Source: Octopus bimaculoides
Lineage: Eukaryota
Direction of reading: 5' to 3'
Length of the DNA: 43,467 bases
Assembly (NCBI RefSeq): GCF_001194135.2
Contig: NC_068993.1
Coordinates: forward strand, 29,316,989-29,360,455
A program made the position numbers and the translations under genes. How positions within the stretch are numbered: the stretch's first letter is position 1; each line of letters starts with the position of its first letter. Positions 33,995 through 43,467 of this stretch are shown here, in pieces. Under the pieces are notes generated by a model. The model had not been told where the DNA came from. It ran no database searches and was given only the letters and a program-made list of their open reading frames with translations.

Positions 33995-35470
33995 TGTTTA
34001 ACCCTAGGAAGCTGGACCACTTCCTGTCGGCCTTGACACAATTACTGTGTCCTTATGTTTGCGAGGGGGAGACAAACTCCTCCACCCAGCCTAGCCAGCA
34101 TTCAGGGACATGTTTCTGAGTCTTTGCTCGTCATCAGCCTGAAGTAGCATGACCAGCTGGTTGAAATAACCGGTTTCGTATTTTCTTTTCAAATTTCTCT
34201 ATCTGTATCGTAACATGTCTTCGCTATGGTGTAAAATATGGAGTTCTAGATAGGGGAAGGTAATCAGGGATTTTTTCTGGTATAAGGGAAATAATAAAAA
34301 ATGTTGGGGATAAAAGGGTTTGATTAATTAACATCATTTGGTTTAGGAGGAATAGAATGTTACAAGTGGTTAGGTTTTGCTTTATATTTTTTTCAATGAG
34401 GTGAGTTTCCTTATTTAAAAATGTTAGAAATGGTTAAGTTTTGGCTTATATTCTTCAATGAAGAAGGTTTCCTCATTTTTCAATATGTTCACTAAAGGGT
34501 ATCATTCTGTATTCTGGGAATGCAATCTGCTGTCGATGCAGAGTGCATCTGCATCTGAGCGATAATCTATGTAGTTTTGGTGGCAGCCCGAGCATCTTAT
34601 GACATAAATCAGGTTTTCTGAGGCACAAGCAAAGTCAGATTTGATTTTGAATTTTTGTCTCTCTTTGAAAAGGAATNNNNNNNNNNNNNNNNNNNNNNNN
34701 NNNNNNNNNNNNNNNNNNNNNNNNNNNNNNNNNNNNNNNNNNNNNNNNNNNNNNNNNNNNNNNNNNNNNNNNNNNNNNNNNNNNNNNNNNNNNNNNNNNN
34801 NNNNNNNNNNNNNNNNNNNNNNNNNNNNNNNNNNNNNNNNNNNNNNNNNNNNNNNNNNNNNNNNNNNNNNNNNNNNNNNNNNNNNNNNNNNNNNNNNNNN
34901 NNNNNNNNNNNNNNNNNNNNNNNNNNNNNNNNNNNNNNNNNNNNNNNNNNNNNNNNNNNNGATCTTTTTTAGTGATTTTGGTTGTTTGTAGCTTTTAATG
35001 ATTTTATGTGTGTGTAAAATTTCCTTTAATTTGGGGTCCTTATGTAGCATGGTAAATTTTGGGTGATGATGGTGAAGGCTTCTTTGTTTCTGGGGTTGTA
35101 TGTGGATATGTAAGGCAGTATTTTCGGGGAAGGTGTGTTGAACTTTTCTTATGTTTTCTATGTCGATTTGTAATGCACGTCTGATTCCATCCTCTATGAG
35201 TTGAACTGGGTAGTGTCTGTCAATTAGGGTATTTTTGAGTTCTTGCAGTCTAAAGTCCACAGGATTATCGCTCAGATGCAGATGCACTCTGCATCGACAG
35301 CAGATTGCATTCCTGGAATACAGAATGATACCCTTTAGTGAATATATTGAGAAATGCGCAAAACAAATGCTACCACAATTTATAATCTTTCCATTCTATC
35401 AATATGCCATTGGAACACCAACACAAATTAGACATTAAATGAGGAAACCTTCTTCATTGAAGATATATTA
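33995..35470 (-). mobile_element. Penelope-like element 3' remnant with pLTR-like region and inverted 5' duplication
   Basis: LQELKNTLIDRHYPVQLI (RT thumb), IIKSYKQPKSLKKI, FACASENLIYVIRCSGCHQNYI (GIY-YIG), ending EEYKPKLN. 35263-35467 is an inverted copy of 34448-34567. Confidence 0.85.
34101..34143 (-). ncRNA. Minimal type I hammerhead ribozyme motif downstream of a Penelope GIY-YIG ORF
   Basis: Minus strand: UUCAGG CUGAUGA C GAG caaaga CUC A GAAA CAUG UC^ CCUGAA. Perfect 6-bp stem I, intact core, palindromic ACAUGU stem III and GUC cleavage triplet. C.A mismatch at the base of stem II. Confidence 0.85.
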
Positions 35471-35869
35471 AATAATGAGGGTGAAAATTAATATTATTAA
35501 ATAATATCAATTTAAACCAGTGGCCTAGCATACTTAAAATGTCCAAAGACTATAAATTATATTACATATATAGATAAGAGGAATAGCCACCAAGGTGGAT
35601 TCCTGATATGCTAAAAGAAGACACAAAATCACCTTACCACAAAGAATATGTTCTTGAGAACATATTCTTCTTATTTATACATACACATGTACGTGAACCT
35701 TGTCCTGACATTGCATCCAATATTCTGCAAGTACATGTCTGGCCATGGAAAAATATCATCTTTCACAGGAACAGGTGAGTTCTGGATGTGGAAAAATCTG
35801 TCTCATTAAACTCCTTTCAACCCACAAAAATCAATGAAATGAGTGTTAAAATGATGATAATGATGAGAA

Positions 35870-36150
35870 ATGATATACACTGCATAGTGCCAAAGATCCC
35901 AGCAATGCCATTGCGCTTCAGGACCAGTTACTGCAACAGCTTGGGATTCAGGGGCCCACAGCTTTTTAATATTCTCCCAAAGAGCCTGAGGAATCTGCAC
36001 AAAGTAGATGTAGGAGTTTTTAAATCAAAGCTGGACCTCTTCCTATCAAGAGTCCCAGATGAACCTACCTCGCGGCAGGAGGTGCAAATGAGGGTTGCTA
36101 AATCAAACTCCATTCTTCAACAAGTGCCACATATTGTAAGAGGCTCCCTG
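35870..36150 (+). mobile_element. LINE ORF2 C-terminal fragment (CR1/Jockey-group-like)
   Basis: SLGFRGPQLFNILPKSLRNL..VFKSKLDLFLSRVPDEP..SNSILQQV is a typical C-terminal pattern of these LINEs. The clade assignment is tentative. Confidence 0.7.
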
Positions 36151-36639
36151 TAATAACAGTGTAGCAACACGGTGGTGCATCAGCATGGTCGCAGCTCTAA
36201 GCTGAAACTTAAAAAAAAAATTAAAAAAACGTACTAATCTATGATAGAAAATTCATCAAAAAAGTACTCCATGTGGTGAGAGATAAATATTGTTATTTGA
36301 AGGTCACAATACATTTGTTAAAGCACTACTAATAGTTTCATATGTTGAAAGAACTCAAACATATTCTTCAGGCGCAAACCACATAGCATTACAACTTAAA
36401 AAATTGAATAAAGAGAAGAAACTTGATGAAGCTGAGAAAAAGCAGACAGTAAGCAACAGAAAATGAAACTAAAGTGTCAAAAGGTAAAAAACGCTATCCT
36501 GCTTAGGCCTTAAATGATAAGGCAGGAAAGATATCAAGTCAGTCAGGAATAGGTGAAATTTTCCAATTGTTCAGAATATATTTATACATATGCATGCAAC
36601 CACTGAAAATTTCTGACCTGGAGTTCGATGCAATCTTTC

Positions 36640-39050
36640 AGCCAAGCAAAATCTTTTCACTTTCATACTTAACCTTTTATCTCTCAGCATACCTTTCACA
36701 ACTCCAAGTGTCTTACTCTCCTCCTTCACTCTGTATCCCACCTCCTCAGCTAATCCACCATCACATGTGATCCTAGATACTTAAAATACCTCGTCTAACA
36801 TCTCACCATTTCTCACTATCTCTCGAACATCTCATCACCTTCCATCTCTTGAACATCTCATTACCTTACTCTTAGCTACATTCACTTTGTTTCCTCCTCT
36901 CACACACTCTTCCAAACTCTACACCAGTCTCTTCAGTTGCTCTTCCGAATCTGCCACCAGTGCTGTATCATCAGCAAACAACAACTGATTCATTTGCCAT
37001 TTCTCTCCATTTTCTCCTACCATTTGGGCTCCTCTACCAAGGGTTCTAGCATTTACCTCTCTCACTACACCATCTATATATAAATTAAACAGCCACAAAG
37101 ACATCACACAACCCTATCTTAACCTCACCTTCACATCAAACAACTCACTTCACCACCCACCCTAATGCACACCCTACTTTCTCTATAAAAATCTCTGAAC
37201 AGCTCTCAACTGTCTACCATCTACTCCATACAACTGCAACACCTACCATATTGCATTCCTATCCATTCGGTCATATGCCTTATGCACCTCCCCTGCCTTT
37301 TGCTAAAAACTTCTCACACATCTGTCTTACTATAATTATTTGATTTGTACACCCCCGCTTCCAATTCTAAAACCACACTGCTCCTTCCCTAGCACACCCT
37401 CTGTGTGCTAACAACCAGAATTTTCACCCTAACAACCAGAATTTTCCCATACAGTTTACCACCCACACACAACAGATTTACACCCCTAAAATTTCCACAC
37501 TCACATTTATCCATTTTCCCCTTGTACAGTAGCACTATACAGGTACTGCACCAGTTCTTTAGCACTCTTCCAGCCATATAACAAACATTCATAAACCTCA
37601 CTATTCAATCACTGTCGCTCTTCCTTTCTTTAGGCATTCCACCATGTATACCTGGTGCCTTCCAGTTTGTGATCTTCCAACAGGTATTCTCCTCTCTCCT
37701 ACAGCCACTATACTTGCTTCCTTAACATCCCCAACATTTAACAGCTCACTAAAATACTCTGCCCTTCACCTTTATACATCCTCATTTCCTTTCAACAAAT
37801 TTCCATTTACATCCTTCACCCTTTCTTCCCTTCTTCCAACTACCTTATTTACCCTCTGTACCTCTTTCCAAAACAGCTTTTTATTTCTTACAAAATTTTC
37901 ACTCGTCCTTTCACTCACCCCACCCATTTCGCCACCCTTATCACTCTCTTTACTCCCTTCCTCACTTCTCTGTAGAGATTATAAGCTTCTCCATCCCACT
38001 CTTCAAAAGCCCTTTTCTTCTCTGCCACCGCATCCCTTACCTGCTCANNNNNNNNNNNNNNNNNNNNNNNNNNNNNNNNNNNNNNNNNNNNNNCCACCAA
38101 TTCCAACCACTCGTGTACCACATACCTCAGAGGCACATCTCAATACTACCTCTCTAAAAGCCTCCCACTCCTCCTGCACATCTACCTCCCATTTCTTAAC
38201 TTATTCATACTCACCTCTCAGTTTCTCTACATACGCCTGCTCTTTCTCTCTCCTATTGAGTTCACTCACCTTCACAACCTCTCTCTTCCCTGTCACTCGT
38301 CTAGCATTCCATTTTGAGCATACCTTCAACTTACCCTGTACTAAGAAGTGATCTGACACTCCTCCACCTTCACCTCTCATTACATGCACATCCACCAACC
38401 TTCCTACAACTCTCTTAACAATTAATATATAGTCTATCAAGGCCCTATCTGCTACTGTTCCTCCCTCCACCACGTGACCTTATTCTTCTCCCACTTTTTG
38501 AAAAGACTATTCCCCACCACCAACTCCTCCATTGCCAACAACCTCCTTCCAATCACATTTCGACCAGGAACTCCATATTTTCCTCCTACATTTTCTACTT
38601 CCTAATTTCCCACTCATGCATTAAAATCATCCAAAACCACCACATTATCACTTTTCCCCATCCTATCCACACGCAATGAACTCCTACTTTTTCCTCACTC
38701 CTTTCACTCCCTGGACCATATGTACTAAAAAACACCAGCATCTCTCCTCCCCACCTCATCTTAACCCACATTAATCTTGAAGACACTTCCATCCACTCAA
38801 TGCTCATTCACCAGCAATGCCACTCCCTCACAAGCCCTCCACCCTCCCATTCCCGACACTCGTCCAGCCACATCCCGAAACTGATACTCTCCCTTTCCTT
38901 TCATCTTAGTCTCGCCCAGTGCCAGCACATTCATCCTTCTCATCATCATCACACTCCCTATCTCTCCTCTTTACCTCACTTGTACTACACCCATGCACAT
39001 TTCATGACCCAAGTACTAGGGTGAGATTTGGTGTTAACCTTCTCCCACCC
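36640..39050 (-). mobile_element. Decayed RTE-like LINE of a second, divergent lineage
   Basis: APE fragments (WMEVSSRLMWVK, ALIDYILI, VSDHFLV). RT fragments (IVLLYKGK..NFRGVNLL..GKLYGKIL, SLWLFNLYIDGVVRE, QLLFADDTALVADSEEQL). Strongly purine-rich sense strand. Confidence 0.88.
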
Positions 39051-39107
39051 CCTTGTCTTTTTCTTACTGCCCTTTTAGGAATGTGGATTTCTTTTATTCT
39101 TTTACTT

Positions 39108-39440
39108 GTTTATAGTCATGCCCAGTCCTGGGCATGACTATAAACTACATCCAGTAGTAGGGCCCTGGTTTCAGGGTTTGAGGAGTGTAGAACCACCTCT
39201 TAGCCACTATTGTTCTCAGGTCTACTCTGGCTCGGAGTGGTAGTACTTGTAAGGGTCCCAGCTATGGGTTAACTAGCAATTTCCCAGTACCCTTTTTAGT
39301 CACCTCTTACGCCATGCAGGGAATACGGTGACTGCATTCTACCAATCCCCCTCTCCCCAGTCGCAGGTTCTATACTCCTCAAACCCTGAAACCAGGGCCC
39401 CATGGTCCCACTACCAGATGTAGTTTATAGTCATACCCAG
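39108..39440. repeat. Small element with nested inverted repeats
   Basis: Perfect 18-bp hairpin GTTTATAGTCATGCCCAG-TC-CTGGGCATGACTATAAAC at 39108-39145. 39128-39194 is inverted at 39366-39440. Confidence 0.9.
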
Positions 39441-39659
39441 GACATACCCTGGAATAAAAGAATAAAAGAAAAAGAATGTTTAAAGAACAATTTTTTTTCA
39501 CAACATCGAACAGTGAAAGAGGGAACTGTTACATAAGACTGAGTTATCACACTACCTTGTAAATATACAATTTATAAATTAAAAACAAACACTTTGAAAA
39601 ACATTTAAAAACACTTTTATTATTTTTTATCATTTATTTTCAATATGTATCTGAAACTT

Positions 39660-41340
39660 GACATCTTTGCTCCTTCACAAATCCTGAGTAGCAGGCAATT
39701 TCAGGATGTCATTTAGATGCTTATGTGTGAGCCTTGAGCGCAGCTTTGTTTTATTGATGCTCATTACAGAGAAAACCTGTTCCCAAAGGTAGGTAGTCCC
39801 AAACATGCACAACATTTTCACAACAAGGGTTGTCAATATAGAGTACTTTGGCAAGTGATACTGATAAAATGTGTCCAAGTCCACCAAGGTAAATTTTTTC
39901 TTCAAATCTGAATCGTGCTGTAAGTCAATCATTCAAGTTGAATATTGACTGGCAGATCAGCTGGCGAGTGAAAAACTCTGAAATCTGTCTCAAGTTCATA
40001 AAAAATCTGAAACCATTGCTCAAACTCTCACAACAATCCCGTGATATTGTCTTTGTACCGATTCATGTCAACATTATCTGTGGTCGCAACCACATCTTTT
40101 AAACTAGGAAAATGAGCAGGTTTACCACCTGACAGTTGTCTCCCATAAAGTTAGCTTCATCTTGAACGTGTGTATGCTTTCAAATTACTGTGTGACAACT
40201 TTTTTATGGCCTTGCAGCATTTTGTTCAGATTATTCAAGTGCTCTGTAATATCCACGATAATCCTAAATCATACAGTGATTGAAATTCTAACACTGGTTT
40301 GCCCTTTTTCTCCATGAACAGTTTGATTTCTTCTTGTAGGTTAAAACGTTTCAACACGGCAACCACCTTACCTCAGTTTGATATAGCAAACCATAGGTAA
40401 TGCGTATATCGCTAAGATTGTCAAACTGATGGTGATTCAGATCTCTAGTTTGGATGAAATTAACAACTCAGACAACCACTTCCATGACATGATCCATTTT
40501 GAATGACTTGCAACACAATGCCTCCTGGTGTAAAAAAGCAGTGAAATATCCAAAAATCATGTCCTCCATTTGCAGTCTGTACTTTCTCTCTGAACTGTGT
40601 CACAACACCTGCTTTTTCCTAATCCTTAATGGAGTGCCATCTATAGCCATGCTGACAGCACAGGCCCAGTTCACTCTGATCCTGTCCAGCACTCCAACAA
40701 GTAAGATGAAAATGTCATTTGCTGTTGTGGTGTCCATCACAGGAACCAACTCCAAGAACTCCTTGATGACAGTCAAAGTCTCATCTACACCACAAATAAG
40801 TATGGTTAGTTGCGCAACATCCATAATGACTGTGCAACCGAAAATGCAATAAATGACTTGACTTTGTGCTTCAGTTACTTATCCAAATCTGCAGAAAGAT
40901 CTGAAATCCTATCTGTCACAGTATTTCTCATCAGGCTAATGCTGGCAAAAGTCTGTCACTTCTCAGGGCATACAATTTCTGCAGCCTTCAGTTTGCATGT
41001 TTTCACGAACTCACCTCTGCAGTCTGGCTTTGATGCTAATGTTATTTCTCTAGCAACAAGGTAGCTAGCTTTTACTGCTGCCTGACTGATATCTCAGCTT
41101 TGGATTAAAGCAGACTTGTTTCTTCAGATCTGCTCACAATTTATTTACCTTCTCCTCATTTGTCCTTGCAAGTTATTGTATTTGTTGGCATGATGAGTCT
41201 CATAGTGGCACCAAATGTTATATTCTTTGAGCATTGAAACCTGTTACAAACACACCAAGCACACAGGTTTCCCATTCACCTCCACAAACAAATAGCAAAA
41301 GGACCACTTTTCTTGAAATAATTTACACACTGTATCCACT
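39660..41340 (-). mobile_element. Decayed hAT transposase (Charlie/SPIN/GTF2IRD2-like)
   Basis: CLVC..VSMLKEYNIWCHYETHH (BED-like), ISLMRNTV, AQLTILICGVD..EFLELVPVMDTTTANDIF, SMAIDG, FGTTYLWEQVFSVMSINKTKLRSRLT. TIRs not found. Confidence 0.88.
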
Positions 41341-41484
41341 TTTTGACATTTTGGGTAAGGTAAAAACAGAGCAAAATGAAATAAAATACATTGTTAGTAA
41401 TTGAATTAATTTTTTAAAAAATATATTTATTCCACTACAATATTTAATTGATGATGATGACGACGACAATGACAACAACAACAA

Positions 41485-41990
41485 CCTAATGCAGTACCAG
41501 GTTGTGGCTCTCATGGCTTCTGATCTTAATTGATTGGGAGTGTTATCATGTACATTGTTTTGTCTGGGTATAAAAGATAGGCTACACCAAATATCCCGCT
41601 CAATACCACAGATTTGCTTGTCAGTTGCTTGACCAGTGGCTGATGATATGTGCATCTCTGATCACGAGCAGAAGTAGTGGGGGAGCATCATAGCCATGTA
41701 TTGAGAGGAATTCTTTGGGGTTTGGATAAATCACCTTTGGAAACATGGGTGTTTTGTTCAACATTCTTAAACAACCCTTATTCAGGGACCTTTTGAGTGG
41801 ATGGGCTACTCAACCTGAAGAAAATTCTAATTGGGCCCCACCTGCAAAAGTCATGCACTGTTAATCTTAATATGAGATCACCATGTCATGCACATATGGT
41901 TGTGATGCATGAGCCTGGTGTACCCTTATCAGACGGGTAGTCATGATGGGTATACTGGGCTTTGTATATTTTACCCCACTATCACTTTGA
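41485..41990. repeat. Unclassified interspersed repeat
   Basis: A block of higher GC bounded by (GAT/GAC/AAC)n and (AAT)n microsatellites, with no ORF. Assigned by resemblance only. Confidence 0.4.
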
Positions 41991-42149
41991 TGGCATGCAC
42001 TGCTCTTTCACCCTATAATAATAATAATAATAATAATATTAATAATAATAATAAAAACAACGAATTTATGAATAAAAATTACAATAAGAAAAAAATGAAT
42101 TTTAATAAAAATAATACTGACAAAAAAGTTTATAATGATAATAAAAATA

Positions 42150-42950
42150 ATATATCAACAAATATTATATGGTATAAATGCTCCATTTTCACATTCAATA
42201 ACTTCTAATATCCCTCATAAATTCTTTGCAACACTAGATAGGTATTTCCCACTTTCAAGTAAATAAGAGGAAATCATTTAATAGATATAGTGTAAAGTTT
42301 TCACATTCAACCACTAGAAATTTAGCTGAGATTATTGCAGCACACAATAATCAGAGAATTAGAAAATATCTAAATTTTAAATTTATAAATAAATGTAGGA
42401 CAAATAATGTGAATAGTGAAGTTAGCTTTAATGATATTCTTTCTAAACAAGGTTTAGATTCTATAACTGATCAACACTTTGATCATATAGTTAGGCTTTT
42501 AATATTAATTTAAATGATAATAATTATAATCCCACCTTAACACCTAATTTGCAGACAGGTACTAGTGGAACTACCAAATACAAGTGAATAAATCCATGTG
42601 TAATTGTGTAAACAAAACTCTATGCCCTTTAGAAAATCAGGGTTTAAGGAAGAATATAGTATATCAGTGTGAAGTAATAACTAGAAATCGTAAGTATTGC
42701 TATATTGGTTCATCTGCTACTATTTGGAAATCTAGATTTTATAATTATTCTAATTCTTTTAAATATAGAAGAAATGTAATTCTATAAATTTTAGTAAATG
42801 CATTTAGGATTTAAAGGATAAGAATATTAAGTATAATTTAAAGTGGTCCATTATTAGTTATACACTATCGTATAATATTGGTAATTCTAGATGTGATCTT
42901 TGCCTCCAAGAAATGTATCATATAATTATTTCTAAATTAATTTAATTGAA
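42150..42950 (+). mobile_element. AT-rich Penelope-like element 3' remnant (linker plus GIY-YIG), a different family from 17729 and 33995
   Basis: NIIWY-NAPFSHSITSNIPHKFFATLDRYFP..FNRYSVKFSHSTTRNLAEIIAAHN, CNCVNKTLCPLENQGLRKNIVYQCEV..YIGSSATIWKSRFYNY, and DLKDKNIKYNLKWSII..RCDLCLQE. Confidence 0.9.
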
Positions 42951-43059
42951 TTTTAATGGACACATTACTTTATGACATTCAAATACTTCAATTATCAATT
43001 ATAATGATTTTTTAGATTATTATATAAGGTTAATTCCTATAGAGGGGTTTAATATAATG

Positions 43060-43467
43060 TCGTCGTCATCGTCGTCGTCGTCGTTTAAAGTCCGCTTTCC
43101 ATGCTAGCATGGGTTGGACGATTTGACTGAGGACTGGTGAAACCAGATGGCTACACCAGACTCCAATCTGATTTGGCAGTGTTTCCACAGCTGAATGCCC
43201 TTCCTAGCGCCAACCACTCAGAGAGTGTAGTGGGTACTTTTACGTGTCACCCGCACGAAGGCCAGTCAGGCGGTACTGGCAACGGCCACGCTCATCTCGC
43301 TCGAGAAACCTCATAGCCAGTCCAGGGGCACCGGCAACGATCTCGCTCGAAGAAATTTCATGTGTCGCCCGCACAAGAGCCAGCCCAGGGGCACCGGCAA
43401 CGATCCCGCTCAGAAAGATTTCATGTGTCGCCCTCACATGAGCCAATCCAGGGGCACTGGCAACGAT
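43060..43467 (-). mobile_element. RTE LINE 3' UTR with a 63-bp minisatellite, running off the window edge
   Basis: (GTC)n tail, then GTTTAAAGTCCGCTTTCCATGCTAGCATGGGTTGGACG, the reverse complement of the 13810-13850 end. CCAGGGGCAC recurs at 43322, 43385 and 43448. Confidence 0.9.

Noticed and set aside
35769-35774. 6-nt microexon-like signal (cacAG-GAACAG-GTGAGT)
   Set aside because: It lies downstream of the identified gene's stop codon with no partner exons. It can arise by chance.
36372-36448. Possible small exon (ANHIALQLKKLNKEKKLDEAEKKQT) with AG/GT borders
   Set aside because: No recognisable homology, a weak pyrimidine tract, and the frame is open on both sides, so it is likely a TE remnant or chance.

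Overview
AT-rich animal genomic DNA from a draft scaffold with many N gaps. The repeat content (tRNA-derived SINEs, RTE LINEs with (ATC/GAT)n tails) suggests an octopus or other cephalopod; this is inference. The only host gene I can support is the 3' end of a DLC-family RhoGAP (STARD13/STARD8/DLC1, Drosophila cv-c-like). Three + strand START-domain exons (10176-10301, 15427-15600, 30234-30348) splice in frame through GT-AG introns and end in GPETKL-stop. The rest is mostly decayed mobile DNA: several RTE LINEs, a near full-length Tx1/L1-clade LINE, three Penelope-like (GIY-YIG) remnants, two mariners, a hAT transposase, a Gypsy pol fragment, SINEs and minisatellites. The most notable signals are RNA-level. 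There are three type I hammerhead ribozyme motifs: two in an inverted, tandem ~400-bp non-coding repeat (retrozyme-like) in the last intron, and one downstream of a Penelope endonuclease. There are also several long fold-back structures. Exon, TIR and ribozyme coordinates were counted by hand; other TE boundaries are approximate.
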